Virus record (IMG/VR): IMGVR_UViG_3300050029_000262
Strand: one strand, 5' to 3'
Source of the DNA: an uncultured virus (IMG/VR IMGVR_UViG_3300050029_000262)
Lineage: Duplodnaviria; Heunggongvirae; Uroviricota; Caudoviricetes
Length of the DNA: 64,000 bases
This document shows positions 55,443-64,000 of the stretch, piece after piece (position 1 is the first letter of the stretch; every line of letters starts with the position of its first letter). A program made the translations under genes and the position numbers. The notes beneath the pieces are model-generated. The model was not told the origin of the DNA and did no database searches. It saw nothing but the letters and a program-made list of their open reading frames with translations.

Positions 55443-56236
55443 TTATGACTACCAGACAGTACGGTTGGAAGCCAGACAAGGTGGACACGCGGGACCTGAT
55501 GCTGAAGGTAAAGCGACTGGCGATAGCAGGTGTGCCCCTGCCGCCGCTGGTGAACTTGACCTCCGGGTTCCCCGCGGCCTATGACCAGGGGCAGATCGGC
55601 AGTTGCACCGGCAACGGGTGCGCGGGGGCCGTCGCGTTCGACCGCCGCAAGCAGAGTATGCCTCTCCTCGTGCCGTCGCGGTTGATGTTGTACTACGATG
55701 CGCGGGCTCTGGAGGGCACGACCAATCAGGACGCCGGGGCCAGCATCCGTGACGTGGTGAAGGGCTTGACGAGCTACGGGTATTGCGACGAAAAGCTCTG
55801 GCCCTACGTTGAGAGCAAGTACGCGACCAAGCCCAGCGCGGCCGCCTATGCCGATGCGAAGACGCGAGAACAGGTGGTCTATCAGCGGGTGACGCAGAAC
55901 GCTGGACCCGCGGCGACCCAGGCCGCCCTGAAGACCACGCTCGCCAGTGTTCTGCCGGTCGTGTTCGGGTTCACCGTTTACCCGTCCTTTGAGAGTGACG
56001 CCGTGGCTTCGTCAGGAATCGTGCCGATGCCGAGTGCCGCGGATAAGAAGGCCGGCGCCATTGGCGGTCACTGCGTGGTGCTGTGCGGGTACGACGATTC
56101 CAGCGCGCGGTTCCTGTGCCGCAACTCGTGGGGGATTGGCTGGGGACTGAAAGGGTACTTCACAATCCCTTACGCTTACATCTGCAATTCGGCGCTGGCG
56201 TCGGACTTCTGGGTCGTCCAACATCTCGGCGCGTAG
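55439..56236 (+). CDS. Papain-like C1 cysteine protease
   Basis: DQGQIGSCTG, GGHCVVLCGYDD, RNSWG..WG.KGYF. Confidence 0.9.
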   Translation: MIMTTRQYGWKPDKVDTRDLMLKVKRLAIAGVPLPPLVNLTSGFPAAYDQGQIGSCTGNGCAGAVAFDRRKQSMPLLVPSRLMLYYDARALEGTTNQDAGASIRDVVKGLTSYGYCDEKLWPYVESKYATKPSAAAYADAKTREQVVYQRVTQNAGPAATQAALKTTLASVLPVVFGFTVYPSFESDAVASSGIVPMPSAADKKAGAIGGHCVVLCGYDDSSARFLCRNSWGIGWGLKGYFTIPYAYICNSALASDFWVVQHLGA

Positions 56237-56247
56237 GAGCAGTGACC

Positions 56248-56724
56248 GTGACCAGTCAACATGACCGGGACCTACAATTCATGCGGAGCGCGCGGGAGGT
56301 GGCCCGGCGCAGCAAGTGCGCCAGTCGCCAGATTGGCGCGGTGCTGGCGCAGGATGGCTGCGTGGTAGCGGAGGGCTACAACGGCGCGCCGCGCGGCGTG
56401 GACCTTTGTCAGGACCCCAACGCGACTTGCCCTCGCAAGGCGGCGGGCTACAAGTCGGGCGAGGGGCTGGAGAGTTGCCCGGCTGTCCACGCGGAGCAGA
56501 ATGCGGTGGCACAGGCGGCCCGGCTGGGCGCGGGCATAAATGGGGCAACGCTCTACGCTTACTGTTGCCGACCCTGCAAGTGGTGCGCCGGGCTACTCAT
56601 CAACGCAGGCGTACGGCGCATCGTCCACCTGAATGACCCGGACTATGATGAACTGGCGGGCGTGTTGCTGGAGGGCGCGGGCATTCAGGTCTGCACGGTA
56701 TCGCGAGAGGAAGTGAATGACTGA
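56248..56724 (+). CDS. dCMP deaminase
   Basis: SKC..RQIGAV, GYNG, HAEQNA, PCKWC, INAGV. Confidence 0.9.
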   Translation: MTSQHDRDLQFMRSAREVARRSKCASRQIGAVLAQDGCVVAEGYNGAPRGVDLCQDPNATCPRKAAGYKSGEGLESCPAVHAEQNAVAQAARLGAGINGATLYAYCCRPCKWCAGLLINAGVRRIVHLNDPDYDELAGVLLEGAGIQVCTVSREEVND

Positions 56725-57167
56725 TGCTACGATGGCTGCTCGAGGAATGGTTCGCTCGCCTGCTGTCCGTGTCCATCCTGCCGCGGGACGCCCGCCACCG
56801 CTACGTGTCGCGGGCGGGGACGGCCTACGACGTGGAGGTGGCCCCCGTGCCCGGCGTGTTGGCGGCCGTGGAGGTGACGCTGCGCGGGGAACCTGCCATT
56901 CGCGGCACGGCGCTGCCCGGCCTGACGGTCATCGTCAAGCCGACCGCCCTGCGCGTGGGCGCGGCCATCCGCTACCTGCTGCACCAGGCGGACTTCGAAA
57001 GCGGGCGGATGTTGGCCCTGGGGGAGGAGTTCTCCGTAACGACCGTCCAGCCGGAGCCGGACCTGTCGGAGGCGCAGACGCAGCGGCTGGTTGAGTTGCT
57101 GGAGGCGAAGGTGGTGGAGCGGCTGACCACGCCCTCCGCCGAGGAAATGGTAGACGACGAAAGGTAG
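56724..57167 (+). CDS. Hypothetical protein
   Basis: TGATG coupling. Confidence 0.55.
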   Translation: MLRWLLEEWFARLLSVSILPRDARHRYVSRAGTAYDVEVAPVPGVLAAVEVTLRGEPAIRGTALPGLTVIVKPTALRVGAAIRYLLHQADFESGRMLALGEEFSVTTVQPEPDLSEAQTQRLVELLEAKVVERLTTPSAEEMVDDER

Positions 57168-57177
57168 GCAACGAAGC

Positions 57178-57426
57178 GTGGCCAAGCTACTCATCTTTGT
57201 GCCTCTGTGTGGTATCGCTGAAGTGGAACTGGCGGATGGCGGGGATGCTACCGCGTGCGCAGCAAAGGCACGACAGGCAATGGAGGATTGCCGGGGGACA
57301 GCAGTGCTGTTACCGGCGGGGGTGACCGTCACCATCCACCAGTCACCCGTGATGTTCGTCAACACGGGCGGCCCGCAGCAGGAACCGCCGTCCTGGGGCA
57401 AGTTCCCCGGCTCCGGCGGCAACTGA
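57178..57426 (+). CDS. Hypothetical protein
   Basis: Fills the gap before the portal promoter. Confidence 0.4.
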   Translation: MAKLLIFVPLCGIAEVELADGGDATACAAKARQAMEDCRGTAVLLPAGVTVTIHQSPVMFVNTGGPQQEPPSWGKFPGSGGN

Positions 57427-57455
57427 TTGACATTCCCCGCAGCACGTAGCACAAT
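57427..57455 (+). promoter_or_regulatory. Putative sigma70 promoter for the portal gene
   Basis: TTGACA-N17-CACAAT. Confidence 0.55.
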
Positions 57456-57494
57456 CAGGCCCGGCGATACAAGCAAGGGAGCACCCCACCCATC

Positions 57495-59549
57495 ATGGCT
57501 ATCCGACCGCTGACCTACGTGCCGACCTCCAACGTGGCTCTGCTGCACAAGGCCCAGGCGGGGACGGTGACCCGCCCGGACGCCGGGCGCGGGCTCCGCA
57601 AGGGCAAGGGCGGCGGTGGCGCTCTTACCGACAACATCGGCGGCACCATGTCACTCCAGTCGGAGTACGCCCGCATCAGCCGCCTCTTCAACACCTACAA
57701 GTATGACATCGACGTGTTCGCCATGGTGCGGCAGGTCATGCGGAGAATGCCGCCCTGGCGGCTGGAGGAAACCGTGCCCGGCGCGGGCACCGAGGCCAAC
57801 AAGGTCCTCCTCGACTCCTTCTTCCACCTCCCGGATGGCGAGAACACCTGCCAGCAGATCGTGCGCTGTACCATCGCCCGCATGAAGATGGTGGGCAAGG
57901 CCCACTGGGCCTTGCGGCGCCTGGATGACCAGGCCCTGCGGGCGGCGGCACCCGGCAGCGAAGGTGCCCTCGCCCTCCAGCACAACATCGTCAACGCCCT
58001 CTCCAAACAGTTTGACCTCAACTTGGCGGACGCCAACGCGGCCGTCCAAGACCTGCTCGGCTCCCGCGCGCCGATTGGCTTTGAGTTGCTGGCCGGCGCC
58101 TTGCGCTATGACAAGCAGCGGCGCGTCTGGCAGCAGTCCACGGGCGGGGTCGGCGCGGGCAAGGAGTTCGCGGCGGAGGACGTGCTGGAGTTCAAGATCA
58201 TGGACCCGACCGGGGGCGTGATGAGTGAACTGGAACGGCTGGAGAGTTGGAGCGATGCCAGCGTGCGGGTGTTCAAGCTCAACGCTGATGCCGTCAAGAC
58301 GGGCGGCATGGCCGACCTGCTGATCGTTCTGTACGGCAGCAACAAGCGGGAGGTGGAGCGGCTGGAGGCCCTGATGGAGGACCGTGCCGACCCGGCCCGC
58401 ACGGAAGATGTCTGGCTGCCGATGGTGACGCACTCGACGGCTCCGGAGGGGCAGCGCGTGGGTGTGGAGCAGGTGGAGTTGTCACGCCGCGGGCGGGAGA
58501 GTATGCACCTGGAGTTCGACAAGGCGTTGCGCGTGCGCAAGGCAGGCGCGACGGGCGTGCCGTTGCAGGCGGTGGGGGAGTGGCAGCAGGTCAACCGCGC
58601 CAACATGGAGACCGCCGACTACATCCTGATGCAGCACGAGATCATGCCCTGGTGCGAGGACTTCCGGGGCCAGGTCAACGAGCAACTGGTGGTGGACGTA
58701 TTCGGCATCACGGACTGGGAGTTTGGTTTTGATGAGGTGGACCTGCGCGGCCAGGAGTTTGCCCACGAGCAGGACCAGGACCTGCTCAAGACTGGCGCGC
58801 TGACGCCCTACGACTATTGGGTCAAGACGCATGGGGGAGCGCGGGCGGAGGCCATGCTGGCGGCCGTGGTGGCGCTGGGCATTGACGAGGCGGCAGTGAA
58901 AATACCGTGGCAGTTCACGGGCAACAAGTGGGCGCCCATCACGGAGCAGATCCCGCCGGCGTTGGGCGGGCCGGAGCCACCCAAGCCGCCCGCACCAGTG
59001 TTGCCATTCGGCGCGACGACGGCGGTCAACCCGGCCAACGCCAGCACCAACCCGGCGGAGGGCAATGCAGCACCACCGGCGGAGGGCGGCACCCCGCCCG
59101 CGCCGGGCGGTATGATGCCGCCTAACGTGCCCGCTGCCAACGCCGACGCCATGATGAAGTCCCTCGACCACTGGCAGGAGGAGTGTACCGTCTCGATGCG
59201 CAAGAGCGGCCTGGTCTACTGCCCGGAGGCGGACGCCGCCGCGTGGCGCGTCCTGCCGCAGCAGATGTACCTCTCGCTGGGCAAGTCCCTCAACTCCTGC
59301 ACCTCCGTAGTCGAAATCAGCAACACGTTTAAGGATGCGCGCGGCGTACTGCGGGTCGCCTCTGATAAGCTGGAGAAGGTGAAGACCCCGCAGCACGTCA
59401 TGCGGTCAATGACGGACGCCATCAACGAGGTCTTCATGGCGCGTGACCAGCACGCGCAACTGGCGGTAGCGGAGCGGCTACGGCAGGAGGCGGAGGGGTT
59501 CGAGACGGAGGCGGCGACGGTGCCCGCCCCGCCCCTGAAGAAGGCTTGA
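57495..59549 (+). CDS. Portal protein
   Basis: GVPLQAVG....VNRANME.......IMP......VNEQLV; after terL, before MuF; Pro-rich tail. Confidence 0.75.
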   Translation: MAIRPLTYVPTSNVALLHKAQAGTVTRPDAGRGLRKGKGGGGALTDNIGGTMSLQSEYARISRLFNTYKYDIDVFAMVRQVMRRMPPWRLEETVPGAGTEANKVLLDSFFHLPDGENTCQQIVRCTIARMKMVGKAHWALRRLDDQALRAAAPGSEGALALQHNIVNALSKQFDLNLADANAAVQDLLGSRAPIGFELLAGALRYDKQRRVWQQSTGGVGAGKEFAAEDVLEFKIMDPTGGVMSELERLESWSDASVRVFKLNADAVKTGGMADLLIVLYGSNKREVERLEALMEDRADPARTEDVWLPMVTHSTAPEGQRVGVEQVELSRRGRESMHLEFDKALRVRKAGATGVPLQAVGEWQQVNRANMETADYILMQHEIMPWCEDFRGQVNEQLVVDVFGITDWEFGFDEVDLRGQEFAHEQDQDLLKTGALTPYDYWVKTHGGARAEAMLAAVVALGIDEAAVKIPWQFTGNKWAPITEQIPPALGGPEPPKPPAPVLPFGATTAVNPANASTNPAEGNAAPPAEGGTPPAPGGMMPPNVPAANADAMMKSLDHWQEECTVSMRKSGLVYCPEADAAAWRVLPQQMYLSLGKSLNSCTSVVEISNTFKDARGVLRVASDKLEKVKTPQHVMRSMTDAINEVFMARDQHAQLAVAERLRQEAEGFETEAATVPAPPLKKA

Positions 59550-59555
59550 ACGGCC

Positions 59556-61409
59556 ATGGATGAAGTTCTCCAGAAGGCGCCGGTCATAGGCGCGGCTGTC
59601 AACCTGTCTGCGCACGGCCCGGTGCGGTTGTCCGCCGTCGGCACCCGCTCCATGTCCGAGTGGGTGGACTTCGTGCGTGACAGCCAGGACTTTGATGACC
59701 TGAGCCGCCAGCAACTCGTTACCGCCATCTATGGCATTCGCAAGACGGCCGCCGAGGAGGTCTTGACCCGCGAGATGGGCCGCCTCGGCGTCATCACCCC
59801 GGCGGACCGCGACCGCCTCAAGTTCCTCCTCTCCGACTACTCCGAGTATGGACAGACCCTGCGCCGCCGTGCCGAGGACCAGGCCAAGAAGATCATCGAC
59901 ACCGACCGGGCCTTCCGGGAGAAGTGGGCGGAGGAGCGCAAGGCACAAGTCTACCCGATTGCCAACCGCCACCAGATCAACAACGAACTGCGGCAGGAGT
60001 TGCAGCGCCGGGCCTTGTGGAAGAACGAGCAGATCGCCAATACGGAGCACCAGCAGGGCAAGTCAGAGGCAGTGGCGGACTTCTACCGCCGGACGAAGAT
60101 CAGCGACCCGGAGGCGGAGGCAGCCTGGTACTTCACCGGCCCCAACGACAAGCGTACCTGTGACCGTTGCATTGAGATCATCGGCGGCAATCCCTACACG
60201 CAGCAGGGCTTGATTGCGAAGTTGGCCTCGGTCGGGGCAATGGCCCCGGACGCCTACTCTGTCCATCCGCACGAACGGCACATGGCGGACTTCCGGCCCT
60301 CCCGCGGCACCATGCACAAGGACGAGAACCGTGACGCGGCCAAGGGCTGGGCGCGGCAAATGGGTTCGCTGCAGGACCATGCGACCGGCGTAGTGACCGA
60401 GGCCCCGATGCCGAAGGCCATGCCGAAGTGGGTCGAGACACGAATGCCTGCGAACGTGGTCAGCAACGCCTTGCGGGAGCGCGTCTGCGGTACCAAGTTG
60501 TGGAAGTGGGCCCTGTCCTCGGCGACGAACGAGGCGGGCACTGTGGATTGCGAGGCGCTGGTCCAGCAGCAACGCGGGGACTGGGCGGCACGCACGGCGC
60601 AGGAGATCGTCGGCGGCGCGGAGTTGGAACCCGGCGTGCCCTTCGACTTTGCGACGGAAGGCGAGCAGGTCTTTGACGTGCATGTCAGCAAGGCGGGGGA
60701 CGAGCCTTGGACCCTGAGCGCCGAGCAGCACGCGGCGCGCGACCAGTACGAGCATGAACACGGCTACGTGGCGCACTCATTGGACGTGGTGCTGGAGGAG
60801 GGGCGGGCGACGGTCTGGCACGGGGAGGGGGTGGGCGGGCTGGCGGGGCGGGAGAAGATCGCGACGGTGGACATGATGAGCGGGGCGGTGGAGAAGCACG
60901 TGGCGGAGTGGCCGTGGCAGCGGGCGGCGGGGGCACCTATTTCTGTATCTGCTTCAAAGACCATCACCCCGGTCAATACTACTATGCCCTCCGTCACGCA
61001 GTTCAATGCAATCCTCGATAAGACACCGGAAGAACTGAAGCCGATGCTCTACCGTTACTCTGACGAGGAATTGGCGAAGATGAAATTGTACCAGGTACGG
61101 AACCCGGACACTGGTGCTGTACTGGACGCCGGGTTTGCCATCAAGGCGGACGGCGACATGGTCAACGTCTGCAACAACAGTGGAGTGAAGGGGCTGGGCA
61201 AGGGCATAGTGCAGGCGGCCATCAATGCCGGGGCAACGACGTGCGACCACTATGACACGCCGCAGTTGAACGGACTGTACTCACAATTCTTCCACGAAGT
61301 CCGCCGGGAACCGTTTGATGTAAGCCTGGCAGTCCCGGAGTGGGACTATAAAAGATTCGATAATCCAGATATAGTCTATAGAGAACTCATCGAAGGGCTA
61401 CAACCATGA
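59556..61409 (+). CDS. Head morphogenesis (MuF/gp7-like) protein with a C-terminal GNAT-like extension
   Basis: IANTE, W....NDKRTCDRC, HP..R; C-terminal GFAIKADGDMVNV....KGLGK.IVQAAI.AGA...D.YD...L..LYS. Confidence 0.65.
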   Translation: MDEVLQKAPVIGAAVNLSAHGPVRLSAVGTRSMSEWVDFVRDSQDFDDLSRQQLVTAIYGIRKTAAEEVLTREMGRLGVITPADRDRLKFLLSDYSEYGQTLRRRAEDQAKKIIDTDRAFREKWAEERKAQVYPIANRHQINNELRQELQRRALWKNEQIANTEHQQGKSEAVADFYRRTKISDPEAEAAWYFTGPNDKRTCDRCIEIIGGNPYTQQGLIAKLASVGAMAPDAYSVHPHERHMADFRPSRGTMHKDENRDAAKGWARQMGSLQDHATGVVTEAPMPKAMPKWVETRMPANVVSNALRERVCGTKLWKWALSSATNEAGTVDCEALVQQQRGDWAARTAQEIVGGAELEPGVPFDFATEGEQVFDVHVSKAGDEPWTLSAEQHAARDQYEHEHGYVAHSLDVVLEEGRATVWHGEGVGGLAGREKIATVDMMSGAVEKHVAEWPWQRAAGAPISVSASKTITPVNTTMPSVTQFNAILDKTPEELKPMLYRYSDEELAKMKLYQVRNPDTGAVLDAGFAIKADGDMVNVCNNSGVKGLGKGIVQAAINAGATTCDHYDTPQLNGLYSQFFHEVRREPFDVSLAVPEWDYKRFDNPDIVYRELIEGLQP

Positions 61410-61660
61410 CCGCAACAGACAACCAAAAAACACTTGCACCGGGCCTGGCTGCTCAGGACGAAGACGAGGCCCTGACCTTCAGCGGCCTGACCATTGGCTG
61501 CCAGACCGAGGGCCGGAAGAACTGGCTGGCGCGAGGCTTCACCAACGTCGAGGACCTGCGGGCGCATATCGCGGACATTGGTCTGACGGTGGAGCAGTTC
61601 AAGACGACCTCCGCCTACAAGCAGAACATCGGTACTCTGGACTGGCTGAAGGAACTGTAA
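61406..61660 (+). CDS. Small hypothetical protein
   Basis: ATGA-coupled to MuF. Confidence 0.55.
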   Translation: MTATDNQKTLAPGLAAQDEDEALTFSGLTIGCQTEGRKNWLARGFTNVEDLRAHIADIGLTVEQFKTTSAYKQNIGTLDWLKEL

Positions 61661-61666
61661 ACAACC

Positions 61667-61975
61667 ATGCTGACCTGGAGCATCGCCACCACAACCGAGG
61701 CCGCCGACGTAGGTAAGGCCATCGAGGTGACGGCCATTCGCAACTGGGCCGCGCAGTTGGACGACCCGCTGCCCTTGTTCTTTGACCTCAGCCCCTGGGA
61801 CGATACGTTGCCGGCCGACAACGTCCCTCAACTGGTCGCGGAACTGTCAATCATGGAGACCAAGATGACCCTCGCGGGGGAGGGGTTCCCGACCGGCCTG
61901 GAGTTCATCATCACGACCATGCTACGGTTGGCCCGCCGGGCGGCGGCGCTGAACCGGGCAATCATCATCGGCTGA
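61667..61975 (+). CDS. Small hypothetical protein
   Basis: AAGGA RBS. Confidence 0.55.
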   Translation: MLTWSIATTTEAADVGKAIEVTAIRNWAAQLDDPLPLFFDLSPWDDTLPADNVPQLVAELSIMETKMTLAGEGFPTGLEFIITTMLRLARRAAALNRAIIIG

Positions 61976-62000
61976 CGGCAGCCCGAACAGGAGAACGGAA

Positions 62001-62417
62001 ATGACGCAGACCTTGTGGCAGCAAATAATGGGGGCGCTGGCGGTGGGCATCCTGGCGCTCATCGGCCTGGTCTTCAAGAAGGCGCAGGATATCCTGGCCG
62101 CCTATCTGGACCGCCTGGCCACACTGGCGGAGAGCAAGGCGGCAGCGGCCACTCTGACGGCGGCAGTCAACACGGCGGTCAAGGCTGTGGCGCAGACGAC
62201 GAAGGGCACGGACATCAGCAACGCTGGCAAGAAGGTGGCGGCCCTGGCGTTGCTGGACCGGCAAGGCCTGCTGGGTGACAAGGTGAAGGTGGATACGTTG
62301 GTAGAGGCGGCGGTGCATGATCTGCCGGCAAAGATGATCGCAATACCGTTTTCGGGCAAGTGCATTCCCAATGCGCCCGCAACGGGCGTTGGCGCGGACG
62401 CGCAGCCGCTCCCGTAA
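62001..62417 (+). CDS. Holin (LL-H-like)
   Basis: N-terminal TM; AVKAVAQ...GKKVAALALL...LVEAAV. Confidence 0.7.
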   Translation: MTQTLWQQIMGALAVGILALIGLVFKKAQDILAAYLDRLATLAESKAAAATLTAAVNTAVKAVAQTTKGTDISNAGKKVAALALLDRQGLLGDKVKVDTLVEAAVHDLPAKMIAIPFSGKCIPNAPATGVGADAQPLP

Positions 62418-62471
62418 GTGGACGGCGGAGCCGGACGGCGCATACCAGAAAACGGAAAGAGGAGTACGACC

Positions 62472-63242
62472 ATGGCAAACGGATTCGCATCCTGCCACCC
62501 GGCGACGGTGGCGACACTCAAGCAGTTGGGCGTGACGGATGACCAGGTGACGCAGGGGGTCGGCTACGCGGCGGCCAGTGCCGGGTTCCACGAGCCGGTC
62601 GGCATGTACAATGGCCTTCATTATGGTACTTGCGTAGACCTGACGCACGCGCTCTGCAGCCCCGACTTCTTGCAACGCTGCTGGCAGGCCGGGCTGATCG
62701 CCTTCGACCGCAGCGGCGCCACCGGCTGGAACGGCACATCTCATATTCACGCGGTCCACATCGGCCTGCGTGACGACAACGGGGCCTGCCGCATCTTCGA
62801 CGGCCCGCGACACCAGATCGTAGACTTCCTCCACGCGCCGCCCCTCAACGGGCTGGCCGGGCATGGCCTGCTGGAAGGGTTCCTGCCGACCGCCGACCTG
62901 CAGGCGAGCGACCGCGTGATCTACTCATCGTGGGTGCCTGATGAGCCGACTGCGGTGTACGACAACGGCACCCGCGTCCCGTGCTACGCCTGGTACAACG
63001 GGCAGACCGTGACCTGTGATGTACGGGCGCTGTGCGAGGCCCTCAACTGCCAGGTCAGCGGTGACCAGAACGGCGTTCAGATCCTCAGCGGCGGTCTGCC
63101 GGTGGACATCCATGCGGCCAATCCGCACTTTGACGGAAGGTGGTGGCGGGCCGGGGTACGCGGTGTTGCCGAGGCCCTCGGGTATGCGGTGACGTTCACG
63201 CCCCTGAGTGGCGTGCAGGCCCGCGTTGACTTGACGAAATAG
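62472..63242 (+). CDS. Endolysin: M15-like zinc peptidase plus copper-amine-oxidase-N-like C-terminal domain
   Basis: ASAGFH..CVDL..AGLIAFDR..HIHAV; VRALCEALNCQV and GVRGVAEALGYAVTF. Confidence 0.6.
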   Translation: MANGFASCHPATVATLKQLGVTDDQVTQGVGYAAASAGFHEPVGMYNGLHYGTCVDLTHALCSPDFLQRCWQAGLIAFDRSGATGWNGTSHIHAVHIGLRDDNGACRIFDGPRHQIVDFLHAPPLNGLAGHGLLEGFLPTADLQASDRVIYSSWVPDEPTAVYDNGTRVPCYAWYNGQTVTCDVRALCEALNCQVSGDQNGVQILSGGLPVDIHAANPHFDGRWWRAGVRGVAEALGYAVTFTPLSGVQARVDLTK

Positions 63243-63256
63243 AGGATGGCCTTACC

Positions 63257-63541
63257 ATGCTCATCAAAGTCGCCGGGCATCAAAAGCTGGAGCAGACCTT
63301 CGGCCCCATGGGGGCACTCTTCGTCGAGGGCTACGAACATGGGACCGAAATCCGCTACAAGGAGCAGCGCGTGCTCTTCTTCGACGCGACCGGGAACTGG
63401 ATGGTGGGGTTTGCCTTCAACGACATCATCATGGCGTCCGCCCTGGGGACGCCGGAGCAATTCTACGCCGAGGTGCGACGGTGGCTGACAAGAACCAAGG
63501 CCGGCGACACGCCGCCGCAACTGGCGGGCAAACGGTGGTGA
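63257..63541 (+). CDS. Hypothetical protein
   Basis: GAGGA RBS. Confidence 0.55.
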   Translation: MLIKVAGHQKLEQTFGPMGALFVEGYEHGTEIRYKEQRVLFFDATGNWMVGFAFNDIIMASALGTPEQFYAEVRRWLTRTKAGDTPPQLAGKRW

Positions 63542-63750
63542 CGGCCCCGGCCCCGGAGGCAGTGCCCGGCGCGCCGACCTCCCGCCGGGTGCGGTGCGGC
63601 ACGCCGGACTGCCGCAGCCGGCGCTACGGCCTACCACTCAGCCGCGCACCGATTATCGCGCACCTGGAGTTGGTGCCCGGCGGGCCGCCCGTCACGGCCC
63701 GCATCCGTTGCCCGCGGTGTGGCGAATACACTGAGGTCACGCTGTCCTGA
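63538..63750 (+). CDS. Mu Com-like zinc-ribbon protein
   Basis: VRC...C ... IRCPRCGE. Confidence 0.55.
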   Translation: MTAPAPEAVPGAPTSRRVRCGTPDCRSRRYGLPLSRAPIIAHLELVPGGPPVTARIRCPRCGEYTEVTLS

Positions 63751-63797
63751 TGCCCTGCCCGCGAACGGCGGCGTAGGCGGTCACGCAAACCAGTTGC

Positions 63798-63930
63798 CTG
63801 CCGCGCGAGGATCGCTTCTAAGCAGTTTCCGGGACGGGCGCGGGGAAACGCCCGTCCTGACCTATTTTGACGCTCCGGCAAAGAAATAGGCACGCCGCCC
63901 TTGACAAGCGCAAACGGGCAAGCCTATGAT
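63798..63930 (+). promoter_or_regulatory. Motif copy 4 (63798-63827) plus a sigma70 promoter
   Basis: CTGCCGCGCGAGGATCGCTTCTAAGCAGTT; TTGACA-N18-TATGAT at 63901-63930. Confidence 0.7.
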
Positions 63931-64000
63931 GATGGCCAGAACAGGTCATGCTCTTCGGTTGGTGTGTCGCTTGTATTGTGCTTCAGGCCCGGCGGCCCTC

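Noticed and set aside
1..64000. Integrase, att sites, major capsid and tape measure genes
   Set aside because: Not recognisable in this window; temperate versus lytic lifestyle cannot be decided

Overview
The window is a large part of a high-GC tailed-phage (or prophage) genome with essentially every credible gene on the + strand. The order is: tail/baseplate genes and a glycosyltransferase-radical SAM-methyltransferase cluster (0.4-13.8 kb); an early region behind a structured leader that ends in a type III hammerhead ribozyme (14-22.7 kb), including a captured IS1595/toxin-antitoxin fragment; replication genes (intein-split SNF2 helicase, SSB-like protein, primase-ATPase fusion, 23-32.6 kb); an AT-rich element homologous to the window's left end (32.7-33 kb); accessory genes and RuvC; a ParB/radical SAM/PLP/deacetylase-like/glycosyltransferase cluster that probably modifies DNA, surrounding a putative small terminase (41.9-49 kb); ECF sigma, HIT and DNA methyltransferase genes; and large terminase, C1 protease, dCMP deaminase, portal, MuF with a C-terminal extension, holin, endolysin and a Com-like gene (53.5-63.8 kb). 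No capsid, tape measure or integrase gene is recognisable. The most unusual observation is a 320-aa intein with no in-frame endonuclease that fully contains, in the +1 frame and with its own GGAGG RBS, a zinc-finger/DUF559(Vsr)-like endonuclease gene. All family calls come from reading motifs by eye, not from database searches.
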